Positions 27,655-41,005 of a stretch of 64,000 bases of DNA are shown here, in pieces. Origin of the DNA: Octopus vulgaris (lineage: Eukaryota); the NCBI GenBank assembly GCA_951406725.2, contig OX597817.1, positions 20,212,001 through 20,276,000 on the forward strand. The letters are read 5' to 3'. The position numbers and the translations under genes are program-made. Every line of letters starts with the position of its first letter. Position 1 is the stretch's first letter. Below the pieces are notes generated by a model. It did not search any database and had not been told where the DNA came from. It saw only the letters and a program-made list of their open reading frames with translations.

Positions 27655-28920
27655 CCAGAGTGCCCAAGCTTTTTCCGTAAGATGTCAGTTCAGTTTTCCA
27701 TTCCACCATACTGCTCTTCGGGAAACACGTTACAGTTGTCGCAATTCAAAACAGATCTAAGCACTCGATGATCAACGAATATGGAATCATGTCACGAACT
27801 TTGTGATAGTCAAACCAGGCCATTCCCAGATTTGTTCTCCTTCGTTTACAATCTTGCATTACGATTTTGTCTATCAATAGGTGATCTTTGGTACCTCCTC
27901 CTCTCCTTCTATAGCCTTTTGGTTCGGGCGATAATATATCGTTCCCATCAAGAATATTTATATAGTCCTGCATTTCCTCCTGACAGTAACAAACACGTTA
28001 ACGGGAGGCAAGATATTGGTCTGTAATTCTCAGCAACATTTCCCTTTGATGCATCCTTCAAGCCCAACACCGTTCTTCCTTTTATCAACCAGCTCGGGAT
28101 TTTCAAATTCTCTATTGATCAATGTATTAAATTGTTCTGCGATCAGGTTATGGGTGTAAGAAGCTGTTTGCTTCAGGCTGCAGTGCCAATTAGCTGTAAT
28201 ATGTTGTTCTTGATTACACCGAATCATACCCACGAAAATCGACTCTCATCAACATCAGGGGCTAATCTTGCACGTTTTTTATCGTCATCAATCTTTTGAT
28301 GAAATATTTTTGGGACGGTTCAAAACAATTTGTTTTGCTGGTATTTCTTAATCCGTTGTTCAAAGCTAGTTGGCTTTGCTTTTTAAAATGCATGAACTTC
28401 ATTTCTTCAATTACAACTTTCAGGTGTTTTTCGTCTATACCATACGTCTTCCTATCTTTATCGAATTTCCACTCATAGCTTCTGTTAACTATCCATTCTT
28501 TCGTATTGCTCTTGCTTGGTTACATAATCTCTGTCCAGTAATTTCGAACGGTTCCCTTACCTTCCATTCAATGGGCATTCGTTGTCTGTACCCTGTTAGA
28601 GACACGCCATACGCATCCACTGATGTGCTCCGCTAGTAACACTCTATAACCATAATGTTTACTTGTTTACTCCACCCTTATCGTGTAGCATAGCTAGCAG
28701 TTGCTAGATTACGACCGGTCCCACTCTTCTGCACAGTGGGCCGCTGCGGCACCTTGACCATTGGTTACAGTCCCGTTCACACTGCTATCGTCATTCAGCC
28801 CGCTTAGTACACATTCTGCTGAGGGCCTTTGCACTTGTGTGGCATATGTCCATTTTCACTGAGCTGGTACTCAATGCCAGATCCTAGGCTGCGATATTAG
28901 GCATTCAGTATTCATTTTAG
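27655..28920 (-). mobile_element. Degenerate RLE-type LINE, 5' half and RT N-terminus
   Basis: [12 protein letters not shown] and [33 protein letters not shown] are homologous to the ORF at 53381-53851. Confidence 0.8.
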
Positions 28921-29131
28921 GTCTTTCTTGCTGAGCCAGCTCCATGAACTTTCTTGGACTTTCAAGTTGTTAGTTTCTCGGTGGAACTGAGCATGTAATT
29001 TCATGCGGAGTAACGTTTCTTCTCACTCGTCGGATATTTTTAATCGGAATTCATGAGCACTCTCAAATCCAGTTTTGGTAAATCATTCTGGATTAGCAAC
29101 ATACTGTATCAGGTTTTGTTTGTTGTTTCTC

Positions 29132-31817
29132 TGTTGTAATCGTTTAAATGTTGGATTGTTATAACGCCCACTTTGGTATAGAGTTTACCTAGTAAAATCA
29201 GTAAAAGCACGTCTATCTCGACCACCTACTAGGTACTCTGGTATTGCACGTACTTCTCTTTACTTATAGTGACTAGGTTATTCCATTCGTCATGCGATAG
29301 GAGTGAACCATTAATATTAATTCCTTACAATATCGCTTCTTTTAAGTTTTTCCTAAGAAGTGTCATTTTATTTAGGAAGTTTTTTTTTTATTCACCACAC
29401 CTACCTTTTCTGATTCCTTCGTTTCGTATTTTCAGGAACTCTCTATGTTTTCTTTTCCTCCCACTTGTACCTGCAGTGGTGTTGGTACGTGAAAACTATC
29501 GTACATATATTCCATCGCTTCCTCCAACTCCCTTGCTACGCATTCCATTAATCACATTTTCAGTTGCTTCCTGTGCCTCTTGTTTATGTCATTTCAACTT
29601 TTCATCTATTACATCATTTTACCTATGCATTTGGTAAATACGCAATCTTCCCATCTCTGCTTTCCATTCTTGTATGTCCTTATATAGACCTTTTCCCAAA
29701 CTTTAAAGAATGTTGCTTTGTGTACCCTGGCACTTTTTCTTTTCTTGTCAGGAGACAATTTATCAAAAACTGATTTTGCCCTCCTTGCCAACATCAGATC
29801 CGCTGGAATTCTACCTCCTGGTGTATTCGGATTTGGTGTCACACGATGAGGGCTACCTCATCCATGCCTACCCTATTTGATTTTCTGAGGGCTCTTTTGA
29901 AAGTATCGACAAAGCGTTCTACCTGTCCAGTAGATCTGGGATGGAATAGTTCCATATTTATATCTTTTACCGCTAACATTTCACAAATGTTTTTTTTTTA
30001 ATTCGCTAGACATGACTTGCGTTCCATTTTCAGACACTGTCTTGTTTAGGATATCAAATCTTGCAAATAATTCGTGTAAAAAAATTTATCACAGTTGAGG
30101 AGCTCGGTGTTCTACGCTTACAAATTTCAGGACATTTCGAGAAACTTTGAACTACCACTAAGTAGTATGAACCGTTTAAAGGACCAGCGAAATCGATATG
30201 TTTTCTCGACCACTGACCATCTAATTTTTGAACAATGTATACTTTTATCGTGAGCAATTATTCATATCGTTTTGGCTTACATACAGATGTTCCACTGCGT
30301 TTTACTGCATTTTTTGTTCAGTCCCTCAGTTGCATTCGAACCTTCAACTGAACAGTTTATATCTTCACACAAAATAATTTATGGCCTGTTCGATACTTTG
30401 AATAGTTCCATCCACTCTGTGCCGAATATATTAAGTGACCTTTTTTGCACATATATCTTTGCCTTTTTCGTTTGAACTAGAAATTTTACGTTACATACGA
30501 ATTCACCGCAAAAAAAATATATATTTTTTCCCTAACACCATGTGCTACCACTTTATATTTAATTAATTTCAGCTTACTAGCATAATTCCAAGCATTTTTG
30601 TTTAAAAGGATGATATCACAACCAGTGTCTAATTTCATTTTAACACTTGTATTTCTGATTTTCACCATCACGAATTTTCTTATCGTTATATTACCAATTT
30701 CTTCCGATGACATGCTGTTTATTGTCCTCAATTCGTTTTAACGTTTTATCATCTTTGTTATACAGTGCTTCTTTATATGTCTTAAATTTCCAAAACAAAA
30801 GCAATCTACGTATTTAAAAGACACTTTTTCCTTACCTGTAGACATCTACCTGTAAAACATAGTTTTATTTCCTGATTTTTGTCGTGTTTTTTTAAAAAAA
30901 TAACATTATCACTTACCTGATTATTTCACACATGCGTTACTTTGAAATAATACTTACGTTCAATTTCCTGTGTCGTGCCTTACTTTGACTATCCTTTCAC
31001 ATTCCTCTGATACGTGCTGTAGGGTTACATCATTGTTTTGTTCCAGCTTTGTAAGAATTCTCGTTCCAACTTCAGCGTCGTTTTCGGCAGTAAGTCACTG
31101 TATAAAAATCAGGTAATTGAATTAATGTGGCGGTAATTCGTCCAGCTTAAGCTTCTCGCCTTCCCTGTTTACTCTACCAGCATATGTGATGTATTCTTCG
31201 TCTGTGTTCAGACACTTCCCACGTGTGTTGAACAATAAGCATTGTACATTACAAATTTCACACAAAATATCTATTATGACTGTAAATTTTACAACCGAAG
31301 GTTTTCTTGGGTGACCATAATTGCTGTATCGATCATGTTCTGTTCGCGAGAACACTTTTTCTGAATTTCATGACCATTTCATTAATTGTAGTATTTGTTG
31401 CTGTACTAGTAATTGTTGTTGTTGCTGTTTTTGCAACTCTAGCAAACGGGCCAACAAATTATTCATGTTTTTTACGATAATATATTTTCGAAAAATTCAG
31501 ACAACCAAACTTTGTGAGTTTCTTAACTTCCGATGATGTTAATTCCTCGTTGAGTTTATTAATTATTCGTGAGTTGTTTAAATCATCGTCGAGTTTATTC
31601 ATTCCTTTTGAGTTGATTAAATCCTCGTCGCCACTGTAGTAATCCTTTAAATATCGGGTTCTTATACTGTCCTCTTCAGTATACTTAGTAAAACCACGAC
31701 TACCTCTGACCAATAACCACGTACACTGGTACTACACATGCTTCTCTTTGCTTATACCGACTAGGTTATTCCATTCGTCACGTGGGAGGAGTGTACCATT
31801 ATCAATAATTCCCTGCA
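29132..31817 (-). mobile_element. Internally deleted Gypsy (Mag-like) LTR retrotransposon
   Basis: Diverged TG..CA LTRs at 29132-29329 and 31635-31817; PBS TGGCGACGAGGAT (31621-31633); gag-like relic ~30950-31450; protease KMKLDTGCD (30486-30731); integrase HIDFAGPLNGSYYLVVV and HPRSTGQVERFVDTFKRAL (~29880-30210); no RT/RNase H seen. Confidence 0.88.
31621..31633 (-). promoter_or_regulatory. Primer binding site complementary to the tRNA-Ser(GCU) 3' end
   Basis: Plus strand ATCCTCGTCGCCA, 1 nt inside the 5' LTR; matches the 3' end of metazoan tRNA-Ser(GCU) plus CCA as recalled. Confidence 0.75.
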
Positions 31818-32439
31818 AAATCCATTCACTGTTGATGCAAAATTATTTCAATGTTAATGCAATTCCGTACGGTAATCAGCCCGCATTAACTTCTACACCT
31901 CTTCATGTAGAGCCTGTGACATTTTCTTTAGGGTGCATTTTCACTATCTTTACGGGTAGTGGTATCTAGGTGGTTAATCTCCGCTTGTGTCCATTTCAAG
32001 ATGGCATTTACAAGGTTTCTTGAGTTGAGTTTTAGGAACTTCGAATATGCAATGATGACGTTGTTTTCCATTTCTTTGTGCAAGATTTTGCCCAGTTCCA
32101 GGATCCCAAGGTACTAGTGCCCCTCATCATGTGAGTCTTCCATTCTCCCCCGGTTTGTCAATTCTATATTCCTACAGTCTGCTCTTTACCACCGTTTCAA
32201 AGTAAGTACTGGATACCTCGAGATACCGAATTCCATCCCTATACCCATGCTGCACATCTGTACAGTCTCAACCAGCCTCTCTATTTCAGGCCCTATTTTT
32301 GCGAACAATTTTAAATCATCCATGGAGAAAAGGTAGTTGAAAATGGTCCATTCTTTCTCAGCTCATAGCAAGCGTTGACTTTGCGTAGGACTACAGGAAG
32401 CGGGATCGTTATTATTGGTATTATTTGGTGTGTCTTTGG

Positions 32440-33340
32440 TTCGGTCTTATTCTTGGTAGGAGTTATGCGGATAGTTGATTACAACCTTGGGTATCCACAA
32501 GTTTTCAGCAGTTTTTTAGGTCCTTAGAACACTCCTGATAACCCTTGTTGCCCTAAAGAGTCAAAGTTTCTGTAGCAGCTATATTGGGCATTATATTTCA
32601 ATCTCTATCAGCCATTTCTCTACATCTTTGTTTAGTACTCCCAATGCACGAATCACGATGGGCACATTTACTGTACTCATGCTCAAATACTTTTTATTTC
32701 AAATTTTAATCGTTTGTATATTTTTCTTTGTTTTTCTTCCTCCTTTTTACGATCCTATAATCAAGCAGGCGTGATGGGTCGATAAATAAGCAAGTTCGCA
32801 TTTCCTGACCTATAATCGTCAAGTGTATTATTTTCTAACTACTTGTCCGTCTATATATTAAAGTCCCACAAAATTTTACGTTTCTCCGACTTCAGTAATC
32901 TTTCGACATTAATTATTACTTTCATTGATTTTCTAAACATTTCCTCAATCTCAGCCGTTGTCTACCTAACAACACCGGCATCATATCGCATTAAAGAAAC
33001 GGCTAATGTATCCATTGCCCTCATTTTGTTTGTTCTTTTCCATTAAGTTTAATTCCTATAAGAAATTTGTTTCTTCTGAGATATCCTCACCTGAATCTTG
33101 CCTTCATCTTACTATCTGAACATCCTTGCATTTCGCAACTGACGACGCTACATTTCCTTTTCTCTGATAAGCATACCACAATTTGTAGTCCCAAATCGTA
33201 TCCCGTTATACTTACTGAATACCTACACTGTTAAAACCAGACCAAGTATTTCCCTTTCGGTCTTACCGAAGATATTTATGTCATCCATGTATAAGAGATG
33301 ACTTAATTTTTCTTCACTTTTCATGGTGTAGTCCGATACA
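32440..33340 (-). mobile_element. Further degenerate RLE-type LINE (RT YMDD region and C-terminus)
   Basis: KLSHLLYMDDINIFGKTERE near 33250-33310; VNVPIVIRALG near 32640-32675; flanked by (ACT)n. Confidence 0.75.
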
Positions 33341-33344
33341 TTTA

Positions 33345-33387
33345 ATATTATTGTTACTACTGTTGCTGCTGCTGCTGTGGCTGCTAG

Positions 33388-33447
<60 letters not shown>

Positions 33448-33448
33448 A

Positions 33449-33500
<52 letters not shown>
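33345..33500. repeat. (GCT)n/(ACT)n microsatellite
   Basis: Direct reading. Confidence 0.95.
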
Positions 33501-33981
33501 GTTTACTTTATATGAATAATATTTTGTTTTTTCCTGAACGTATGTGAAGTGAATTATAGCATTGTTTTCTGACAACCTAAATAAGTGTTTCCGTTCATTC
33601 TTCGATGGTATGTTTTGCAGTAGTTCTTGAGAGTTATGACTTTTTTTTCTTTTCCTTACTAATTCAATATACAATGTGGCTCCTTGCTGCGTTTATTTAG
33701 GTGTTTAGTTGAAACCTAAGTATATTTGTTTCGCACATGTACACAGTATATGCAATCATATATTGATATGTGGTTTTTCGTGGGGGTTCATATGTGCGTT
33801 TGTGAGTGGGAAGCAGGTGTGTAAATGGCATTTAAAAGCCATGGTCGCTATCATTTGGGAAGTGAGTAATTGTATTGCTTAGATACCTAGTTCGGATATG
33901 CATTCAAAGGCTAGCATACAGTTGGATATTACATAGACACGCTTAAGCAACTTTTCAGTTTAAATATATGTATATATATAT

Positions 33982-34533
<552 letters not shown>

Positions 34534-35998
34534 ACATATGCATGTAATTGGTATAAGTATTAAGATTTGAATTTCCATCACATTACATGGTGTTAACTGT
34601 GCAAGTAGACTATGTTTCTAAAGACAGATGTCCTAAGTTAATATTATTTAATTGACCGAATAATTAATGTATTTTAAATTTGTCGTCTTGTTGCAGTTCC
34701 GTAGCATACAAATTGTGTATTGTAGGATACATTTTCAAACAAATAATTGCATTTAAAATATGATTAATTTTATTTATGATGTAAATAAATAAAATGAGAT
34801 TTCTGCTTTTCATTTTCTTCGTTTCTCAATGACTATATCTAAAAATATGTCGTATAATTACATTAAGCGAGCAATAAAATAATACAGAGATATACGATTC
34901 AATTGTATGTCAAATAGCATTTTAATTAGGAATTAACAGTTTGTGTATTTTGTTCATCATGAATCTATTTTGAGATTAATTTATTTACGTTTCTCAAATT
35001 AAAATTGTTGAAATGTAAGCAATGAAAGTCATACAGATGCGCCGGAAAACAGATATGAATGCAAATTTAATTTGTTGGCTGAATGAAATCTCCGAAACTC
35101 TTATTGTGACCCAAGTGTACGCAAGCAAATTCTTCGAGCTACTCACAATTATTGGTTTAAATAAGAGATACTGATTTTACGTTAGGTTAAACAATAGGAA
35201 TTTACAATATCTTGTATATTGCAATTGTATTCACAATGTGATTGATGGTTATTTAAGCATTATATAAGCAGTAAATCTGGTTAATGCATTTTCTTTGAAT
35301 TGCAAATTGTGCACTGATTTATTGTCCATTTATATTTTCTGTCTCTAAAATAGATTCCTAATAAATTAAAAAAATTATAAGTTAAGCTCCAGGTGATTTC
35401 TTAGAAACCAACCAGTACAAACTGATGAGCCTTTATGATATTAATTATGCTTTCGTAAGAAATAATGCTTTATAAAAAGAAAGTTATATATGCAAAGATT
35501 TTAACAACTTCAATGACTGCATAATGTTTAGGAACGTAAAAAGGATACTCATCTGATGATATACAAGTGTGTACATGTAAACCACAACTTGTTCGTTTTA
35601 TAAAACTAATTGAAAATATTACTCTGCTACTCTGTATTATAAGACATTACTAGCGTTTGAAAATGTCCGCTTAGCTATAATACGTTAAATAGAAATTCAA
35701 CATTTTCGTACGGTTCACATTCTTGCATATAGTAACTATACATTATAAATCAAAAGGTGGTATAATTAGAATACAATGGATGGGCAGTTTACAATGTTTG
35801 TCACAAGACAGAACTACCAATATGAAGAATGTTTTCCTTACAAAAGTGATCAGATAATACATGTTACGTGAAGTTGTGATATGATATACCGATCCTTAAT
35901 TGAAATTAATGCAAACAGGATAATTTGGTGACACGTGTTTTCCTGGCTGGGATTTATATTATAATGTATATATTTTATCTATATTGATTATATCACTC

Positions 35999-36078
<80 letters not shown>

Positions 36079-36091
36079 GTGTGTGTTTATG

Positions 36092-36155
<64 letters not shown>

Positions 36156-36367
36156 ATGAAATAGAAAGATGAATAATCTTGTTGCAGATTAATCAAAAGT
36201 TTAACCGATACCTTGGTAGCAAAAATCACAGCAGAAGACAGCACGGTTGGAGGTACAACCATATGGTGTTGCAACCGTGCCTTGGTGCGGATAATTGAAT
36301 TTTAATATTATTAGTGAATTGAAGAAATGGAGTTGAACGAAGATTGAACAGAAATCGTTTTATTGCA

Positions 36368-36447
36368 TTCTACACGTGTTTCGAAAGGCACAATTTACCA
36401 AATTCCGATTGAATAAGGAGACCATATTGTGTCTTTCTCTTCAGGAA
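36368..36447 (-). ncRNA. Mirror-image hammerhead motif on the opposite arm
   Basis: Exact reverse complement of 36498-36577. Confidence 0.8.
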
Positions 36448-36497
36448 GAAATAGGAAATCCGTTGGAAAAAACAAAAAACAACGGATTTCCTATTTC

Positions 36498-36577
36498 TTC
36501 CTGAAGAGAAAGACACAATATGGTCTCCTTATTCAATCGGAATTTGGTAAATTGTGCCTTTCGAAACACGTGTAGAA
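36498..36577 (+). ncRNA. Minimal type I hammerhead ribozyme motif
   Basis: TTC-CTGAAGA(36501-36507), stem II GAAAGACACAAT/ATTGTGCCTTTC, GAAA(36563-36566), C-ACGT-GTA(36572-36574), GAA; palindromic stem III ACACGTGT. Confidence 0.8.
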
Positions 36578-36632
36578 TGCAATAAAACGATTTCTGTTCA
36601 ATCTTCGTTCAACTCCATTTCTTCAATTCACT

Positions 36633-36680
<48 letters not shown>

Positions 36681-36731
36681 ATATCTATGTATATATATAT
36701 ATATATATGTGTATATATATGTATGTATGTA

Positions 36732-36762
<31 letters not shown>

Positions 36763-36969
36763 CATATATATATATATATAAGAGTGCACGTCATAAATCT
36801 ATTAAAACTTATTTAAATTTATCAATAAGTGAACAAAATCACATCTAAAAGTCATACGTTAAAACACTGTATCATGTACGATGTGCTCAGGTACCGAATG
36901 GAGGAGTGACAAATATAAAACATCTACCCATGAAAATCTTAATATATCCAGTAATTCTGAACCTGGAAT

Positions 36970-37170
36970 ACCTGATGCTGTGTGGTTCGCCCCTCATTTC
37001 TCACACAAGGCAAGAAATTTATCTAAATTTTCTTTAAAATGCCTGAATTAAATTACACTAAGCACCATAGATATTATACCATATTTAATATATCCTCTGT
37101 AAAATTTTCATATTCTGTAATGCCGAATTTAGGAGCCATAATAACCTCGATAAATAGGAGAAAAATTAAA
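36970..37170 (+). pseudogene. Penelope-like element (Nematis-type) RT thumb/linker relic
   Basis: Translation VWFAPHFSHKARNLSKFSLKCL/NYTKHHRYYTIFNISSVKFSYSVMPNLGAIITSINRRK resembles the recalled motif IIWFNPPFS..FL.LIDKHFP..H.LHKIFNRN.VKVSYSCMPN...II..HN.K. Confidence 0.7.
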
Positions 37171-37622
37171 CTTGTTATAAACACAACAATTTAGCTAACA
37201 ATAATACTTTGTGTACAGGACTGGAGGAAAATAGAATTTAATTGATAGCTAAGTTTGAAATTAATTACCAAACATAAGTCTAATCCTTTTATTATAACTA
37301 ACGACAAAAAGAAGAGCAACAATATGAATAATAGTAATAATAATCATACTGAAAAAAGCAAGAACACCAGATTTTGGTACCGTTCCTGTATCTCTCTGTG
37401 CTTGTTTGTTCGCCCAAGCTGCTGCCATCGTTGTAGTAAATGTAGTTGTTGTTGTTGTTGCTGTTGTTCTTACCACTGTTGCAGTTGTCAGTGCGTGTGT
37501 TTATTTGGGACAAAAGAAAAATAACCATCCCTAAATAGAACAATATCACTTTCCGCATACTGTTTCACATCAGGGATCATGCAACACAAAAATGGTTGCG
37601 TGCCCTGGCCCATGAGAGTATG

Positions 37623-37654
<32 letters not shown>

Positions 37655-38164
37655 TGTATGTATGTATGTATGTATGTATGTATGTATGTATGTATGTATG
37701 TATGTATGTATGCATGTATGTATGTATGTATGAGATGTATGAGTATGAGAATATTTGTGTGCGTATGTATATGTGTAGGTGTGGATATCTAATGGTACGT
37801 GTGATGTGGGTGTATATGTGTCGACATGTATATGTATGTGAGTGAATGTCTAATGTGATATACATGAAGATATAGGGAGTTTATATTGTTTAATTCGCTG
37901 TTTCATATTTGGGAAGTCCGTATCGAGGGGGTTTCGCTGTTCTTTTTGATTCTAAAATAGTTATCTCCACTATATTTGCTTTAAAGTATAGCTTGAATAA
38001 CGTGTAAGTTTGATGTATATTATAAATTCTATTATTGAGATTTGAATTGATATATAAATTAATGTTTTACCCCATATATATAAATACGAGTGTATGGAAT
38101 TATATATGTACACATGTAAATACATACATACATACATGCATACATACATACATACATACATACA

Positions 38165-38200
<36 letters not shown>

Positions 38201-38202
38201 TA

Positions 38203-38361
38203 GTTGGAATACACAGAAAAACAACCAAAACAAAATACAAAGATGGGTGTGTAAACAACAAACCGATGTATTAAGTTTACCGGTCAGGAAGTAAGGAAGT
38301 CGAGCCTAGGGTCTTCAACAGAAAGGAACACAGAAATAAGCATTGAGAGAAAAAAAAAATT

Positions 38362-38362
<1 letters not shown>
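38203..38362 (-). mobile_element. TA-flanked element, same family as 4962-5143, hammerhead-like core partly deleted
   Basis: GTGTAAACAACAAAC...GGAAGTAAGGAAGTCGAGCCTAGGGTCTTCAACAGAAAGGAACACAGAAATAA matches ~4995-5097, lacking the TTTTACGTTT segment. Confidence 0.75.
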
Positions 38363-38407
<45 letters not shown>

Positions 38408-38530
38408 TAAGTAAAATTGTGTAAGTGAATATGCATGTATGTATGCGTACGTAAAAGTGGATTTATATATACAAAAGTGGATAAGTGTACGTGTGTATAA
38501 ACACACAGACACACACACATACATGCACAC

Positions 38531-38620
<90 letters not shown>

Positions 38621-38624
<4 letters not shown>

Positions 38625-38820
38625 ATGGAGATTTACTTGCATAGGAGGTGAACTGTTCTGAGACCGTGTGCTGAAACAAAGACAATTACTGTTTAAAAGC
38701 AATTTAAAATACACAAACACCATTAGATTCACTTCAACATTTAAATTTAATTTGCCAAAACATCTTCTTCGCTTTCAGACAGTGACCTGTACACTGACAA
38801 AATTCCATGCTACGTCTGTG
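38621..38820 (-). mobile_element. Older copy of the family at 62245-62565, abutting (TA)n
   Basis: GAGATTTACTTGCATAGGAGGTGA...CTGAGACCGTGTGCTGAAACAAAGACAATT...GATTCACTTCAACATTTAAATTTAATTTG...GACCTGTACACTGACAAAATTCC aligns with the 62.2-62.6 kb element. Confidence 0.8.
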
Positions 38821-38927
38821 AAAGTAACAGTTAGTTCATGATAAGTATGTATGTACGTATGTACATATATATGTATGTGAGTATTTACGTATGTAAGTGA
38901 CTATACATATATATATATATACATACT

Positions 38928-38982
<55 letters not shown>

Positions 38983-39532
38983 CTAATGTAGGATAAAATT
39001 TTTTTCGGGCAAAATTTTTTATCAATGGACAGCATATCAAAAAATACCTTTAAAGTTTAAATTTATCAATAATTTACAAAATAAGGGCAAAAGAAAAATT
39101 CTAATGCCAAATATGTCGAAAAAAAGACAAAAATTGTCAATAACCATTACAGTTTATGTGTCTCGAAACAAACCGATAGAAATTTCTAAAATATATATAT
39201 ACACACATATATATGTGTGTGTCCCTCGAACTACCGTCTAACGGTGAACGCATACACTGTCTTAAACGCATACATGCAAATATAAACCTACCTATACACA
39301 TATACAACCACACATAATCATATAATCACGCATACACACCCACATATATACGCATAATCTTAAAGTTTACACATATATACGCTTATCCATCTAGACGTAT
39401 ATATGTCTCTATTTTCGCAGACAACGGTTAAAATTCAAACTTGTTATATACTTTTTACTTTTTTGTTTTATTTTATTGTACATAAACATACACATATATA
39501 TGTGCACACACACAAATACATATATATATATA

Positions 39533-39917
39533 TCTCTATATATAAACGGCAGTTTGTCTGTGCGTGTTTCTGTGTGTCTGTTTTCTCGTACCCTCACCCT
39601 GACCACGGTTTTCAACCGATTCTGATGAAACTTGACACACACATAGCCCAATGTCATAATTCAAAACTAACGCAGCGAAAATTTTGAAAAGTTAACCCAG
39701 TTCTGAAAAAAATTCGATAAATTCGACATGGGGTCGAGAATAAAAAAAAACAAACCACAGACTGTCTAGGGGACGCAACTCAACCTTTTTTACTCTCAAA
39801 AAAAAATTTACCATAATTTTTTTTCCATTTTTTTGCTATTTTTTGGCTATAACTCTCTAAAAATGCTTTATAGTTATTTCCCTTACAAACCTGAGCAACG
39901 CCGGGCGATACTGCTAG
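39533..39917 (+). mobile_element. Non-autonomous Helitron with intact termini
   Basis: 5' TCTCTATATATAAA; subterminal hairpin CCTGAGCAACGCCGGG; 3' CTAG (39914-39917); inserted between A (39532) and T (39918) with no TSD. Confidence 0.9.
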
Positions 39918-40194
39918 TATAATATATAAAAATATCTACACGTGATTGCATGTACACACTCATACACACATATACTCACACAACACATACACACTCGCGT
40001 ACACACACATAACACATACGCAAACACGCTAGAGTACACATACATCTACATGTACGTGCATATATATTAATCTATTTATATTCATACGCCTATATATAAC
40101 TACATATAAGTATTTCAGTATCATGCATCTCAACATGTATGTATGGATTTCAACATGTAAATGAGAGAAAGGGGGGATTATAGACGGGTACTTC

Positions 40195-40460
40195 CGAGTA
40201 GAATTTGTGTGTTGCCACTTTCGATTTTACGATTGAGAGTGTGTTTGTATTCCTGTATACAGAGAGCTTCAGTGACTTGTCTCAGCATTGCATCAGTGGG
40301 ATGTGTAGATAAGATATCTAACTTGAGTCTCCCTAAAGAACCATTGTGGCAGTCTACAGCACGCTGATAGAAGATGGAGTTTGTTTTGCATTTTCACTGT
40401 AGCTCTCCAGGTGTCTTTGAACCTGTCATTGATGATCCTAGAAATCTCTCCTATATATGA
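40195..40460 (-). pseudogene. Penelope-like GIY-YIG endonuclease C-terminal relic
   Basis: Minus translation YIGEISRIINDRFK..., then after a frameshift NSIFYQRAVDCHNGSLGRLKLDILSTHPTDAMLRQVTEALCIQEYKHTLNRKIESGNTN (YIG..R..H..E..LN). Confidence 0.8.
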
Positions 40461-40893
40461 CAGTTATAAACCTGGAAAAGTACAGGACAAGTTATTAGAC
40501 CTTTAAAAATATAGGTCAATCTATTACTTCAAGTAGAGTAAAGAAAAAGAGGCATTTTACATAGAATATTTCAGGAAGGAATGCCAGTTCTTCTAATTAA
40601 TCACTCTTTACATTGCTCATCTTTAAAATTTATTGTACAAAATTGTTCAACTGATTTTGAAGGTTGTCTAAATAGTCATTTTGTTCTGTATTTAAGGAAC
40701 AAAATTAGCCAAATTCTGCTTAAATTAGTATGATGTTATGTGTAAACTATAATAAAATAATTTTTCATATTCAAATATTAATGTTAGCTGCAATGTTTTA
40801 ACTAAAAAAAATTTACTTTACATGAAGTAATAATTTGTCCTATACTTTTCTAGATGTAATACCTTGTCCTGTACTTTTCCAGCTTCATAAACT
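40461..40893. mobile_element. Non-autonomous DNA transposon/MITE with terminal inverted repeats (Tc1-like ends)
   Basis: CTGGAAAAGTACAGGACAAG (40472-40491) is exactly inverted at 40863-40882, with weaker pairing over ~60 bp; truncates the GIY-YIG relic. Confidence 0.65.
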
Positions 40894-40941
40894 TAAGAAT
40901 ATTACTTTTCATGCTCGCAATTCTCCATGCAATATATGCAT

Positions 40942-41004
<63 letters not shown>

Positions 41005-41005
41005 A

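Larger units (their letters stand above)
28930..32400 (-). mobile_element. RLE-type LINE fragment interrupted by the Gypsy element
   Basis: ~28980-29131 matches ~13710-13860 and ~31895-32280 matches ~13930-14370, which are nearly contiguous in the uninterrupted copy. Confidence 0.8.
36153..36640 (-). mobile_element. (TA)n-embedded fold-back element: perfect 161-bp inverted repeat with two hammerheads
   Basis: 36305-36465 is the exact reverse complement of 36480-36640 (14-nt loop); the left arm extends ~150 bp, including hairpin 36241-36280, to (TA)n. Confidence 0.92.
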
